Part shown: in pieces, positions 9,476 through 19,812 of the stretch
Position numbering within the stretch: position 1 is the stretch's first letter
Layout: each line of letters begins with the position of its first letter
Virus record (IMG/VR): IMGVR_UViG_3300005253_000262
Span: 8,475-72,474 of that record
Strand: one strand, 5' to 3'
Length of the DNA stretch: 64,000 nt
Origin: a virus
Translations under genes and position numbers: made by a program
The notes under the pieces: generated by a model
What the model was told of the DNA's origin: nothing
What the model saw: the letters and a program-made list of their open reading frames with translations, nothing else
The model's database searches: none

Positions 9476-12145
9476 TTATGCGAACTTCGGCCTCCTAACC
9501 TGTGTAAGGGTGTTCTGTGTAGCTGCCTGAATAATCTGTGGAACCATCTCCACGCGTACCATCTCCCGAATCCTTTCAATAGTGCCCACATCTGCTCCTG
9601 GCGCATTGATTTGGATAGTTATACCCCCACCCATACCCCCACCCATTTGATCGGGACGCCGTACAGTAATCTCCTCGCCTGCCTTGCCAAAGATAGTAAC
9701 AGCCTTATTATCGGCTCCTCCACTTCCTGGGATTGTGAATGAGGCACCCTTAGCTGCAGGGACACCAGGGACAGCTGGGGCACCCTGTGTACCGACACCA
9801 CCACCACGGAACATACCTGCGAACCCGCTGGTTAAACTCTGAATCAGAGGATCTATAAGCGTTGCGCGTAGAAGGACTCGGAATAATTCACGTGCCAGGT
9901 TACGTAGGACCTCGCCAAGTTTCTCGCCCTTGACGATGACATTCTCGAGAGCATTGCCCATTGCGTTAGCCGACTGCACCGCGGCTTGATTTACGTTATC
10001 CTGCAATACGAGGATACCCGACAGTAGCTTTTGACGCGTTATGAGGAGCTTGTTGATCGCGTCCTCACCTACACCAGCACGACGTAGTTGTTCCTCATAA
10101 CGAGATAAGGGCTCCAGGATCTGTGCATAGATTCGAAGGCTCGCTGGACCCTCAGCGAGTGCCTTTGTCTTCTGACGTAACCTATCTGTTTCCGCGCTAG
10201 CACGCTCAAGGGCTCGATTTACACGTTCCTGTATACGTACGCGGTCCCTCTCTTGGCGTATGATTTCCTCGTTAGCTTTTGTTTGTGCTTGGATCTGTGC
10301 AAGCAGAACTCGGAACTTGTTCAGCATCTGAATTTGCTTCGCCAGTGGGATGTTGGTAGCTGCGAGGCGTTCTCGGTATGCATCAACTACGGATGTGAAC
10401 TTGTTGAAAACTTCTAGCGATCCTGGACCACGCTGTAGCGCTTCAAGACGCGCCCGCATGACATCCATTTCTCTGGGGATTTCCTCAAGCGCGGTTTTTG
10501 TCCGGGCTGCACGTGCCACCGCTTTATCGAACCATATACTGAGGTTCTGCAGCCCTACCGTCATACGGAAGAACTCTTCTGCAATGCGTTCTATGTCGTT
10601 AGGAATCGGTCCAGAACCCATCTCTATCAGCTTCTGCGTTAATGCCCCTACCTCGTCTGTGTTCAATTTCAGAACCTGGAAGAGCGTCTTGAAGCGGGTC
10701 ATGAAGAGTTCTGGTGCCATTATGCCCGTATCCATCGAACCCATTACTTCCTCAAAGAGGCGTGTCTGGTCAACAATACCATCTATGGACTTATTGAGGT
10801 TCTCGAATACCCTAGTCAGGTTCAATGGTTCGAACTTGCTAAGCTTCTCAAGTTTGTCATTAAACTTATCTAGATTGTCACCTGACTCGTCAATCACACC
10901 GCCCATAGACTGGAGGACAAATGTTGCACCTTTGAGGGCATCCGTGCCAATCTTCGTAATACCAACGCCTCTATCAACCTTCTGTAGGAAGAGTGTCCAT
11001 GCAGTTCCTAGGTTGCTTGTGGCGCCAGCAAGTGAATCTACGTTCTTTAATCCCTTGTCTCCTATGGACTCGCGGAGGGTTTTGGCAAACTTGGGTAGGA
11101 AGTCATCACTAATAACCTCGCCTGCTTTGAGTAGTTTGCCAAGCTCGCGTGTAGTGACCTTCATCGCTTTCGCAGCGAGTCGGAATGCACCTGGGAGTCT
11201 CTCACCTAACTGACCCCGAAGCTCCTCAGCTTGCACTGTGCCCTTGGACATCATCTGTTCAATAGCACGGAAGATACCTTCGACCTCCACACCACTTAGG
11301 CGGAGTGCAGCTGCGGCATTAGAGACAGAAAGGAAGATGTCTCGTGTCTTCTGCCCCTCGAGGGCGGTGCCACGAGATGCTGCAGCCAGTCTGGAATACG
11401 ATCGACCTAGGGTGTTAATCTGCAGCCCTAACTTCTGTGCCGTCTTGAGAACAAAGTTCATCTCACGGCGGCCTCCTGCAACACTACCAGTGGCTAATTC
11501 GAAGCGTGCTTGGAACTTCTCGAACTCCCTAGACGACCTGAGGACAGCAGCACCTAGCTTAGCTACTGCAAGTACCGCAAGTGTTATACCTGCGATCCAT
11601 GCGCCAAGTACGAGGTTCCCGCGACCAGCAATGACACTGATAGCCCTGATCCTGGCGCCAATACCACTAAGAGGACCAACAGCGAGTACGGCGGATGTTT
11701 CAAGGTCCTTGAAGATCAAGCTCATCCGCGCTAGCCCTTTACCTCCACGCGATGCTGCTGCTTGTACTTCATTAAGGGCACGACGTGATCGCCCAAGTTT
11801 GGCTGTGAATGCATCCTGGGATCGGGCGAATTGGATGGCAGTAACCTTACCAGAGGTCATCTCCCGAGTCAGCTTTCTAAAGGCGTTGGAGACTCGGGCG
11901 ATTTGCTCAGCAGGGGCGCCAGCTTTTCGGAGTTGCTGTTGGAGTGCTAGTGTCTGCTGGAATGCCTTCTTGATGGCAGTTTCCTGCCGCGACATTGCCT
12001 TAGCAACGTTCTGTGCGCCCTTAGACTGTGAACGGGCAACTTGGTTTGTCTTACGCTGGAATTGATCAAGCTGCTGGATTGCTTTCTTTAGCCCAGCAGT
12101 ATTGGCATCGACACCAAAATTTAGCGATCCTATGTTCAGAGCCAC
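9476..12145 (-). CDS. tape measure protein
   Basis: 889 aa helical; QMMSKGTVQAEELRGQLGERLPGA tape-measure motif; follows chaperone. Confidence 0.93.
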   Translation of the reverse strand: MALNIGSLNFGVDANTAGLKKAIQQLDQFQRKTNQVARSQSKGAQNVAKAMSRQETAIKKAFQQTLALQQQLRKAGAPAEQIARVSNAFRKLTREMTSGKVTAIQFARSQDAFTAKLGRSRRALNEVQAAASRGGKGLARMSLIFKDLETSAVLAVGPLSGIGARIRAISVIAGRGNLVLGAWIAGITLAVLAVAKLGAAVLRSSREFEKFQARFELATGSVAGGRREMNFVLKTAQKLGLQINTLGRSYSRLAAASRGTALEGQKTRDIFLSVSNAAAALRLSGVEVEGIFRAIEQMMSKGTVQAEELRGQLGERLPGAFRLAAKAMKVTTRELGKLLKAGEVISDDFLPKFAKTLRESIGDKGLKNVDSLAGATSNLGTAWTLFLQKVDRGVGITKIGTDALKGATFVLQSMGGVIDESGDNLDKFNDKLEKLSKFEPLNLTRVFENLNKSIDGIVDQTRLFEEVMGSMDTGIMAPELFMTRFKTLFQVLKLNTDEVGALTQKLIEMGSGPIPNDIERIAEEFFRMTVGLQNLSIWFDKAVARAARTKTALEEIPREMDVMRARLEALQRGPGSLEVFNKFTSVVDAYRERLAATNIPLAKQIQMLNKFRVLLAQIQAQTKANEEIIRQERDRVRIQERVNRALERASAETDRLRQKTKALAEGPASLRIYAQILEPLSRYEEQLRRAGVGEDAINKLLITRQKLLSGILVLQDNVNQAAVQSANAMGNALENVIVKGEKLGEVLRNLARELFRVLLRATLIDPLIQSLTSGFAGMFRGGGVGTQGAPAVPGVPAAKGASFTIPGSGGADNKAVTIFGKAGEEITVRRPDQMGGGMGGGITIQINAPGADVGTIERIREMVRVEMVPQIIQAATQNTLTQVRRPKFA

Positions 12146-12159
12146 TGATTACTCCATTC

Positions 12160-12339
12160 TCAGAACTTCCCCGCACCTTGTCTAGCTGCAGCTACTCTGC
12201 GGGCACGTTCCTGTTCCTTAGCGTCCAAATTCCGAGCTGCGATGAATAGCATTACGTCTTCTGTCGTAGCGTCCTCGGTAACCTCGTGTATGAACTTACC
12301 AATCGCGATGCTGTAGTCTACGACTGCTCGGATAAAGGG
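12160..12339 (-). CDS. -1 frameshift extension of tail assembly chaperone (gpGT-like)
   Basis: Slippery C CCT TTA at 12333-12339; -1 frame open FIRAVVDYSIAIG...QGAGKF* to 12160. Confidence 0.75.
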   Translation of the reverse strand, partial: PFIRAVVDYSIAIGKFIHEVTEDATTEDVMLFIAARNLDAKEQERARRVAAARQGAGKF

Positions 12340-12731
12340 TCTCTCAGTAGTCTCTCCTCTAGTGCCTCGATGTCGATACCAGACAATCGCGCAATGGCGT
12401 TTTGAATTTCGAGGACGTCCTCACCGAAGGGCCAGCCAAGGATCACATCTCGATCTGTATCCTCGAAGATACGCTCGTTAGTACCAGGTACAAACGCGTA
12501 CTGCACAATCATCTCGATCGTGCGCGTCTTGGTGTCGGCGATTTCCCGTGCATCCAGCATACTGCCAAATGAGGGTTGCCGTAGCTCGACGTCTTCACCG
12601 AACAACGTGACCATCTCGATCTTTGGCTTAGCCTTCGTGCCTAGGAGGCGCCCACGTAAATCATCGCGAGTTAGGAGTGATGATTCCTCCACGCCCTGCG
12701 TTCCTGCTACCTTTGTTGCTGCTTTGTTCAT
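12318..12731 (-). CDS. tail assembly chaperone (gpG-like)
   Basis: Between major tail and tape measure, with slippery site near its end. Confidence 0.8.
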   Translation of the reverse strand: MNKAATKVAGTQGVEESSLLTRDDLRGRLLGTKAKPKIEMVTLFGEDVELRQPSFGSMLDAREIADTKTRTIEMIVQYAFVPGTNERIFEDTDRDVILGWPFGEDVLEIQNAIARLSGIDIEALEERLLRDPLSEQS

Positions 12732-12761
12732 TTCATTTGCCTTTGTCAGTTACGATATGTA

Positions 12762-12947
12762 TTACCCTGAGTAGTCCCTGTCTGCCGACTTGGTAGCCTT
12801 CAGTTGTTCATGTGTGCTGGCGCACTGCTGAAGTAGCGATTGACACTGCGTTGCACCACGAAAGTCCTCAGCGTTGTTAAGCGCGTCAACCATCGCTCTC
12901 AGGTCCTTCTTAATTCCCTCAAACTTCTGCCCTATGTTCATGCTCAT
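12762..12947 (-). CDS. hypothetical protein inserted between major tail and chaperone genes
   Basis: AGGAGAAC RBS; 61 aa. Confidence 0.55.
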   Translation of the reverse strand: MSMNIGQKFEGIKKDLRAMVDALNNAEDFRGATQCQSLLQQCASTHEQLKATKSADRDYSG

Positions 12948-12970
12948 GTTGTTCTCCTGCTTGCCTAGTG

Positions 12971-14035
12971 TTAGACTGTAGTAAATGCACCTGTCCCCTG
13001 CAGTTCTGCAACGAATATGTTCATGTTACTCAGTCCGCCTGAAAGCGAAATGTCCGTGACCATGAAGTTGCCTTCCTTGGCATCGAGTGGTGACTGCCCA
13101 GTTGCACCCTGCGGTAGGTACTGCACATCATAGGTGTTGAGTTCTGTCAACCACGACACCAGTAGATCCTGAATCGCCTGGTTCAGTGTCGTTGCTGTAT
13201 GCCGCCAGTTGAATGGAAGTGCTACAGCGGGGTTCGTGGTCTCGTCAGGAACCGTCAGCTGGAAGTTTATTGTCTCTTCCTCGAGTGCGCCAACGGCCCC
13301 TCCTTGCCCTGTATTCACCATCTTGAAGAAGCCTCGAGCTATCGAAGACCCATCACCTGCAGGGTCGATCTCGATAATCAGCTCGGTGCGTGCGATAACA
13401 TCGGCTGCTGCAGCTTCGGCATCATCGAAGATGCCTCCCAACTCCAGTGCTACGGTACGCAAACCCGCAGTGAAGATGCGATGTCCCGAGTTAGCCTGAG
13501 CTGAGATGAAGTCCGACTCGTCGACAGCCTCAGTCGTCATCGTAAGGTTATACGTATTTGGCCTTGCTATGGTCACGGTTGGGAAGTATTTGCCCGTTGC
13601 TGTTACGGCACCGGTGGGTGTGAACGACGCGACGAACGTGACCCTACCAAATAGGTAGTCGATGTTGAGGATGTCTGCCGAGGCTATGGATCCACCCGTG
13701 TCGAGGATGTCCATCGTGGCTTCGGAGCGATCCCAGATTTCTTTTGTAGCGTCGTCGATGGAATATGTCTTACCACTAACAAGCGTCATAGCCTCGGCAG
13801 TGAATGTTGTGGCTGTGCCGTGTTTCTTGATCTCCGCCTTATACCCAGAGAAGCCTTTGAAGATGCCGTTAGCACTTATACCCCAACCGACCATTCCGAT
13901 ATCGGTGGACCCATATGTCTGTCCGAGGATCGTGTCATCTACTGGCTCTGACTCGGCATTGAAGCTGCCCTCTGAACCTGGCAGGGCAACGTAGACGGAG
14001 CCACCATCGGTGGAAATTTGAATTACTTTGGCCAT
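12971..14035 (-). CDS. major tail tube protein
   Basis: Position after neck genes; Thr/Gly-rich; ELQGTG C-terminus; AAGGAG RBS. Confidence 0.8.
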   Translation of the reverse strand: MAKVIQISTDGGSVYVALPGSEGSFNAESEPVDDTILGQTYGSTDIGMVGWGISANGIFKGFSGYKAEIKKHGTATTFTAEAMTLVSGKTYSIDDATKEIWDRSEATMDILDTGGSIASADILNIDYLFGRVTFVASFTPTGAVTATGKYFPTVTIARPNTYNLTMTTEAVDESDFISAQANSGHRIFTAGLRTVALELGGIFDDAEAAAADVIARTELIIEIDPAGDGSSIARGFFKMVNTGQGGAVGALEEETINFQLTVPDETTNPAVALPFNWRHTATTLNQAIQDLLVSWLTELNTYDVQYLPQGATGQSPLDAKEGNFMVTDISLSGGLSNMNIFVAELQGTGAFTTV

Positions 14036-14046
14036 TACATTTCTCC

Positions 14047-14463
14047 TTAGAGAACAACCCTATTAGATTCAGCGGTTAAGGCGGGCTCGATAATCATTGC
14101 TAGGTTCAGCACAAATAGCGGACGATTATTCTCATCGCGCCCAATAAACCCCAGATCGCCATTCTGGGTTATAGAGACCATACGGTCCCCACCAATATCC
14201 TGCGAGTCGAGCCCCAGCAGCAAATCCTTCACTGCTTGGCCCTCATCACGCGTGGCTAGATACTCACCGACTTCGCCCCGCACCATTATCTGTGCAGTGG
14301 GGAAATCCAGTAGATACCTTGGATTCGGTTCCACACCAACCGTATCAGTAAGCATAATGACTTTATCAGGCTTCGGGGGCATAGCGCCCGTCTCTAGCTG
14401 CCAGCCAGAGACCCCCACGTGTGTAGTGAGTAGCGAGCGTAAATGTTCTGTTGGGGCTGTCAC
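14047..14463 (-). CDS. tail terminator / completion protein
   Basis: PTAQIMVRG and GRDENNRP motifs; neck position. Confidence 0.7.
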   Translation of the reverse strand: MTAPTEHLRSLLTTHVGVSGWQLETGAMPPKPDKVIMLTDTVGVEPNPRYLLDFPTAQIMVRGEVGEYLATRDEGQAVKDLLLGLDSQDIGGDRMVSITQNGDLGFIGRDENNRPLFVLNLAMIIEPALTAESNRVVL

Positions 14464-14924
14464 TTGCTGAGTCCTGTGTTCTTCTGATAAAACAGTGCCA
14501 CACGGCGCCGGAAGTCATCAATGTGCGTATTTATGGCCGTCTCCAGGAACTTAGCCTGTGTTGGCGGTGCATGATGTATATCGAGGCGTTCGTGGACGAA
14601 TCCAGCGTAGTGAGGCCGTCCATGTCGTGCATATCCAATAACGGCAGAAGCCCCTGTGGCTGTCTTGCGTACCTCAACGAACCCTGATGCCTTCAGAGTG
14701 CCTTCATCTACTGGCACGAGCCGCTGCGATTCGTCGAAGATAGGCTTCAGGCCAAACCGGATTGCTTCAGGTGTTATGTTGTCGATGTAGTTTATCACCT
14801 TTAGGAGGTTCTGCTTAATGACACTCGCCTGGTCACGGATCGACTTGATGTAGGCCTTCTCCGACGGCGACGCTGCTACAGTACGGCGAACACGCCCTAT
14901 GTTTAATTGGAGTGGGTCAGCCAT
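14460..14924 (-). CDS. HK97 gp10-like neck protein
   Basis: SQRLVPVDEGTLKAS...YAGFVHE...AKFLE motifs. Confidence 0.8.
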   Translation of the reverse strand: MADPLQLNIGRVRRTVAASPSEKAYIKSIRDQASVIKQNLLKVINYIDNITPEAIRFGLKPIFDESQRLVPVDEGTLKASGFVEVRKTATGASAVIGYARHGRPHYAGFVHERLDIHHAPPTQAKFLETAINTHIDDFRRRVALFYQKNTGLSK

Positions 14925-15259
14925 TAGAGAAATACCTTCCGTAGTGCCTCTAGGGCACGAAGATCTGTGCTCCTATGATAGTTACGTGACCTGAATGCGT
15001 TATCAAGCGTTGTAGGATCGGCTGTTGCTGTAAGATCGCCTAATCCGAAGTAGTCACCCACATCGATGTCCACTCCGAGGTATACAATCGCGTTGCTAAC
15101 CACTTCTTCGTTCTCGAGGGTTCGGAAGAGTACAGCTTTGTCTTCCCAGCGCCCCTTAAGCTTGATAGGCGTACCGAATGTGAATCCGCCGTAACTATCA
15201 CTGCCTGTAACAGGCCAGTGGGTTACGTCTTCTTTCAGGTAGCGTGATGCGAGAGTCAT
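14924..15259 (-). CDS. head closure / head-tail joining protein
   Basis: Neck position; DSYGG...RWED motif. Confidence 0.65.
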   Translation of the reverse strand: MTLASRYLKEDVTHWPVTGSDSYGGFTFGTPIKLKGRWEDKAVLFRTLENEEVVSNAIVYLGVDIDVGDYFGLGDLTATADPTTLDNAFRSRNYHRSTDLRALEALRKVFL

Positions 15260-15630
15260 TATATCACCCTGAATTCCGCTTTGGCATTTGTCATACCGAG
15301 ACTAGCCAGGGTGCCTGAGGTATCGAGTGTAAGGGCCATCTGACCGTAGCGAGTGGACCTGAAGCCATCTTTATAGACGTTGGCGAGGGACTCACCGGCA
15401 TCACCCATCTTGGATCGAGTAAGGCCGCCTCTCTCTTCAGTAAGGGCTACGAGATGGGCTGCTAGGTACAGCTCGATCTTTACAAGGATTGGTTCAGGGT
15501 GTCCAGCACTAAGGAGGTGGGTATCTACGTAGAGGTTCGCCGTATCGATCATGTGGGCGAGGACATCTTCATCGGACTTACTAGTATCGATGATTGCCTT
15601 GACACCCTCTCCCGTAACCCTAGCACTCAC
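15259..15630 (-). CDS. head-tail adaptor
   Basis: YLAAHL...STRYGQ motif typical of adaptor family. Confidence 0.75.
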   Translation of the reverse strand: MSARVTGEGVKAIIDTSKSDEDVLAHMIDTANLYVDTHLLSAGHPEPILVKIELYLAAHLVALTEERGGLTRSKMGDAGESLANVYKDGFRSTRYGQMALTLDTSGTLASLGMTNAKAEFRVI

Positions 15631-15635
15631 CTAGA

Positions 15636-15974
15636 CTACGACTCGTCCGAGCCGCCTCCAGCGCCTTCATCGGCAGCACCACTGGCGCCATCATCTTCAC
15701 TGCCACCAGCACTAGCAGCATCACCGCCTTCACCAGCGGCTTCGTCATCTTTTACTTCGACTTCCGCTTCTGCTGCAGCTAACTCAGCTTGTGCGGTGGC
15801 TATGCTAGCGGATTGAAGACGATGTGTGAATGAATCGGCACACGACTTCGTAACTGTGACTTTAGTTCCGGGCTTGGCAGAGAACCGTTCGCCTGTGTTA
15901 GGATTAATCGCGCTGAAGCTTTTGCTCCCGATAACTACGCGCTCCACCGTCTGCTCTTGTTTTGCCTTTGTCAT
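15636..15974 (-). CDS. hypothetical virion-associated protein with acidic tail
   Basis: Directly downstream of capsid gene. Confidence 0.6.
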   Translation of the reverse strand: MTKAKQEQTVERVVIGSKSFSAINPNTGERFSAKPGTKVTVTKSCADSFTHRLQSASIATAQAELAAAEAEVEVKDDEAAGEGGDAASAGGSEDDGASGAADEGAGGGSDES

Positions 15975-15998
15975 AATAGTTCTCGCTTGTTAAAGGGC

Positions 15999-16019
15999 TC
16001 CCCCTCATAATGAGGGGGA
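15999..16019 (-). terminator. hairpin after major capsid gene (weak terminator/attenuator)
   Basis: TCCCCCTCA-TAA-TGAGGGGGA; only a short U tract on minus strand. Confidence 0.45.
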
Positions 16020-16042
16020 TATAACCTTCAGCACACTACGTA

Positions 16043-17044
16043 TTAGCTGTAGTGTACGATGCCTGACTGACCTGTTACGGTTGAACGTACCCGCGGGATC
16101 ATGATCGACATGACCTTGAAGTGTAGCATCATGCCGCCCTGAGTTTCCCACTGAACCGTTGTCGGCTGGAGTCCAACGACCTCGTCGATGACGTCACTTG
16201 TCATCTGGAGCATGATCGACTCACTCGCTGGCACATCCTTCGATGGGATGATGTTGGAGATGTCGGGAATCTCCTTGATGCGCTGCATCGTGGTCTTGTC
16301 GCTGGCGGCTTTGAAGTCCTCCATCATGTTGTTCCACGAGGGGTAGTTCACCAGGAGCACGTACGGCCCGTACATGTCGTCGCCTTGTGCATCGGCGATC
16401 ATGGCGAGGACGTCAGTGAGGATTTGATCGCCTGTTGCGGCGCTATCCCAGTCGGCTGACTGAGCTCCCGTGCTACGATTGCCCTCCGTAGTCAGCCCGA
16501 AGATCTGAGCTGCACCTACACGTGTTGCGTGACCAAGAATAACCATCGATTCCGTTGTTTCCGCAACTAGACGGCCTGCTAGTGCAGCTTGCGCTGTATC
16601 AAGAGGCTGTCCCAGTCTGCGTGAAGCGTGAAGCTTCCGGACGTTGATGGTGAAGTCCTTGTGGATGATCGGAAGCGGCATGCTCAGGAGGGTGAACTCG
16701 AGGATGTCCTGCTCGCCTCGTGATACGCCGTCCATTGAGACATCGGCCGGCTCCATGTCACTGACCTGTTCCCACTCGAGGATGGTCGTGCCAAGTCCGT
16801 CACTGATGTTAAAAGACAACCCCGCGGCGATAAGTGCAGTCACCAGTGGTAGGCGTTGCCGCGCTACCTCGATAAGCTTTGTATCGAACTGCAGCCATTC
16901 TTCTTTACGAAGGGTGGCATTCGTGCGGAGTGCATTGACATTGAAGCCATTCCCCAGAAGGACGTTGGCGACATTGCTTGACGCGTGTAGCCCGCCCCGA
17001 TCCGCATGGATGGTATCAATATGTACACCATTTGCAAGTTGCAT
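16043..17044 (-). CDS. major capsid protein (HK97 fold, encapsulin/linocin-like)
   Basis: 333 aa after protease and decoration genes; PLPIIHKDF, YGPYVL, MSIMIPRVR motifs. Confidence 0.85.
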   Translation of the reverse strand: MQLANGVHIDTIHADRGGLHASSNVANVLLGNGFNVNALRTNATLRKEEWLQFDTKLIEVARQRLPLVTALIAAGLSFNISDGLGTTILEWEQVSDMEPADVSMDGVSRGEQDILEFTLLSMPLPIIHKDFTINVRKLHASRRLGQPLDTAQAALAGRLVAETTESMVILGHATRVGAAQIFGLTTEGNRSTGAQSADWDSAATGDQILTDVLAMIADAQGDDMYGPYVLLVNYPSWNNMMEDFKAASDKTTMQRIKEIPDISNIIPSKDVPASESIMLQMTSDVIDEVVGLQPTTVQWETQGGMMLHFKVMSIMIPRVRSTVTGQSGIVHYS

Positions 17045-17070
17045 GTTCTTACTCCTGTTCGGGGTGTAGG

Positions 17071-17502
17071 TTAGAATACTTCGAGCACGAAGCGGAGACC
17101 GACGGTAGCAGTGGTAACTGCTTTACCAACCACTGAATGGCGCTCCGTATCGTCGGTTGCGACATCAGTTGCGAGGGTTACCAGCCGGCCATCACCCTCG
17201 GATTCAACGATGTCTTCGGCTGTTACGCCGCCAGTGCCAGCGATCGCGTAGACCTTAGAGCCGGCAGGGAAGACGCCATACAGCAACGTATCGTTGTCTG
17301 CATAGTCATCGTCGATACCGTTGCCGACGATGTCGTTCTCCACCGCGAATTTGGGTACCATGGTACCGCCAGCTACGGCATGTACGATTAGGTCCGTATC
17401 GGGGCCCTGAAGCAAGTGACCCGGGGTTACCACGCCAGCAGCAAGACCTTCCCTGCGAACGACAAGGTCATTACCCAGGACGGTAATTGTTTTGATAGCC
17501 AT
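17071..17502 (-). CDS. capsid decoration/cement protein
   Basis: Between protease and capsid; A.G..TPGHL and ES.GDG.L motifs. Confidence 0.7.
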   Translation of the reverse strand: MAIKTITVLGNDLVVRREGLAAGVVTPGHLLQGPDTDLIVHAVAGGTMVPKFAVENDIVGNGIDDDYADNDTLLYGVFPAGSKVYAIAGTGGVTAEDIVESEGDGRLVTLATDVATDDTERHSVVGKAVTTATVGLRFVLEVF

Positions 17503-17529
17503 CAGTACTACTCCTGTTAAAGGCTGGCG

Positions 17530-19098
17530 TTATGCTGCGTCAGCTTCTTGGGTTGGGTTGAGGTCGAAGAGCTTCGGCGCCGGCGGAATTTCGTCGTCGT
17601 TGACGCGCAGTGTGGATATGTTCGCACCGCCCCCTTCGAAGGAAATATCGGTTGATAGCGCGGCGATGCTCTCTAATTCACCAAGAGGCTTCGCTTCCAG
17701 CTGCGCCTCGGTAAATGTGTTACGAGCGTTTGCCCTGATAGCAGTGACGAGCGCATCCTTACGCTGCTTATGCATCTGTACACCCGAGTTGAGGACTTCT
17801 TGGACTTCCGCGGGAGCCTCGGCGATATAGGCCTCAGTGGTAACCGGAGGCGTGTCGCCAGCTTCGATTGCAGCAAGCCGGGCAGTTTCCGCTTCCTCGG
17901 CGACACGAGTTGCTTCAGCTTCAGCTTCAGCGTCGGCATTTACGACTGGCGACATCTTCTTCAGCTGTTCCTCGTCGAGGCCGTTAAGCCATTCTTTGTC
18001 GTCATCGGTGTACTGAGTTGCTTCGTTGGCAATCAGGCCGTTCACGAATTCCTCTTTGTTCATAGCGTTCTCCTGGATAGTGCTATCGGCTTCGTTGTCG
18101 GTGATTACCTCAACCGGTACGAATTTTGTTACGGGCCTCACTCTTACTGCGTCAGCCCCGATCGTAATGTTTCCGTCGTTTATTGCAAATGTGCGTTCGA
18201 AAAGTGCCTCGCCGAAGCCCACTTCGTATACGAAGCTGCCAGAATCGTCCGAACCTCCGAACACCCCAATGATGAAGGTGAACCTATCTTCCACTGCATC
18301 CAATGCATTGTTTAGCGCAGCACGTGTATCACTATCGCTAAGGTTCTCTGAGCTGTCGCGGAAGCTAAACCAGGCAGCGCCTTTCTCCATAAGTGTCTGG
18401 AATATGCTCTTCTGGCCATCCTCATCGGTGTCGCTGTTAATAATGACCGTCTGGCTTTCGCAATTGGCATTGAGCTGGCATGCACGCATTACTGGGTGCA
18501 TCTTGTTCGTTCGCGGCGCGCCACAACCATCTTCGATACTGCATGCTCCTGGTACACCTTCGGGAAGTACTGCGAGGTGATCTGGTACGATGTTGCGCCA
18601 GATCGCTTCGAAGTGCTCACCGTCGAAGTCGCCATCCACTATCTCGTTCATCGTGAACATGCCTGTCGAGACTTCGATAACCTCGTCACCGGACTTCAGC
18701 TTCTCAACAGTTTTCTGTGCTTCCTCGCTGAGGTTGGTCACAAGGGCATTGTCGATCCAAATCTCGGTCTTGAGCTTGATGCCATCGAGCTTGGTGTTGA
18801 ACAGCTGTCCGAAGGAGTTACCCTCCAGAACATCAGGGGAGCTAGCAGATACGGGTACGCCGTCAATCTTTGGGTGACCGAATACAACCGGACGACCATT
18901 CCATCCTTGAGGAAAGCGCCCAAATTCTTCGGCGAGTGCAAGTTCTGGTGCTGCAGCATTAGCTGGCCATAGTACACCCTCCACGAGTGCGACACAAGGA
19001 ATCACAGTATGTTCAGCACCACGAAATTCCGCTGTGCGAATGCCTGCCACGTCCGGAGTAGCCTGGACGGATAACATCACGCGTTTTGCCTGCGGCAT
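17530..19098 (-). CDS. prohead protease/scaffold (DUF2213-like)
   Basis: WNGRPVVFGHP, EVSTG, PDHLAVLP..GACS..GCG; acidic scaffold-like C-half; start MPQAKR after promoter. Confidence 0.8.
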   Translation of the reverse strand: MPQAKRVMLSVQATPDVAGIRTAEFRGAEHTVIPCVALVEGVLWPANAAAPELALAEEFGRFPQGWNGRPVVFGHPKIDGVPVSASSPDVLEGNSFGQLFNTKLDGIKLKTEIWIDNALVTNLSEEAQKTVEKLKSGDEVIEVSTGMFTMNEIVDGDFDGEHFEAIWRNIVPDHLAVLPEGVPGACSIEDGCGAPRTNKMHPVMRACQLNANCESQTVIINSDTDEDGQKSIFQTLMEKGAAWFSFRDSSENLSDSDTRAALNNALDAVEDRFTFIIGVFGGSDDSGSFVYEVGFGEALFERTFAINDGNITIGADAVRVRPVTKFVPVEVITDNEADSTIQENAMNKEEFVNGLIANEATQYTDDDKEWLNGLDEEQLKKMSPVVNADAEAEAEATRVAEEAETARLAAIEAGDTPPVTTEAYIAEAPAEVQEVLNSGVQMHKQRKDALVTAIRANARNTFTEAQLEAKPLGELESIAALSTDISFEGGGANISTLRVNDDEIPPAPKLFDLNPTQEADAA

Positions 19099-19123
19099 AA
19101 TACTGACCTCTGCTAGTATCTTT

Positions 19124-19152
19124 ATTATAACTGTTCGTCGAGTAAAAATCAA
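19124..19152 (-). promoter_or_regulatory. sigma70-type promoter for head genes
   Basis: TTGATT-N17-TATAAT. Confidence 0.7.
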
Positions 19153-19174
19153 CTGGTCTTAAGAGTACCTCGGT

Positions 19175-19405
19175 CTAAGCAAGCTTTGCTTCGATCTGAG
19201 TGACATGTTTGCTGATGCCATCAACCTTGTCACTCAGCTTAGTATGGCTTTTCTCTATTCGGGTTGTGTTGCCGTCTACGTGTTTCACAGCCATTTCACA
19301 CTTGGCTACGGCAACCTTAAGCTTCACGAACGCTGCAACTCCTGCGCCTAGGAGTACAATTGATTGGCCAAGAAAGAACAGTCCAACTTCCATTAATGGA
19401 GTCAC
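19175..19405 (-). CDS. small membrane protein (TM + coiled coil) in lysis cassette
   Basis: N-terminal hydrophobic helix. Confidence 0.55.
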   Translation of the reverse strand: MTPLMEVGLFFLGQSIVLLGAGVAAFVKLKVAVAKCEMAVKHVDGNTTRIEKSHTKLSDKVDGISKHVTQIEAKLA

Positions 19406-19812
19406 AATACAGCTCCTAGTAGTAGGCCAACACCGATAACAACCTTATGCATCACGTTGTCCCAGAAGTGATCCTTACGTTCCTCGTCGAGCTGGTCGCG
19501 GTACAACTCGCTAACCTGCTGTTGTATCTCGCCCCCTGAGATCGCCGCGTTGTAGGCGTCCTCCATCTTGTTCAGTGCACTGGCATTGAGGTTCGCTTTG
19601 TCATAGTTGGCTTCGGAGACTTCCTCGTACTGCTCGATAGCAGCCCAGCATTCTCCAGTGGCCCAAGGAAGTTCGCACAGGAGTGGAAGCTCCTTGGCGT
19701 ATACGGGTGCGCTAAAGTCCTGACGCGCCTCAGCCCAGTTGGGGAGGGGTTCGCGACTACTTGCGCACGCGCTTAGAGTTAAACCTATTAGCAATATCGT
19801 CAATAGTTTCAC
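19402..19812 (-). CDS. spanin lipoprotein (o-spanin-like, with extra C-terminal hydrophobic segment)
   Basis: Lipobox LSAC; overlaps upstream i-spanin-like gene; ends VVIGVGLLLGAVL. Confidence 0.65.
   Translation of the reverse strand: MKLLTILLIGLTLSACASSREPLPNWAEARQDFSAPVYAKELPLLCELPWATGECWAAIEQYEEVSEANYDKANLNASALNKMEDAYNAAISGGEIQQQVSELYRDQLDEERKDHFWDNVMHKVVIGVGLLLGAVL

Noticed and set aside
16043-17044. Cellular encapsulin nanocompartment
   Set aside because: Sits in a complete phage head operon, so it is the major capsid protein
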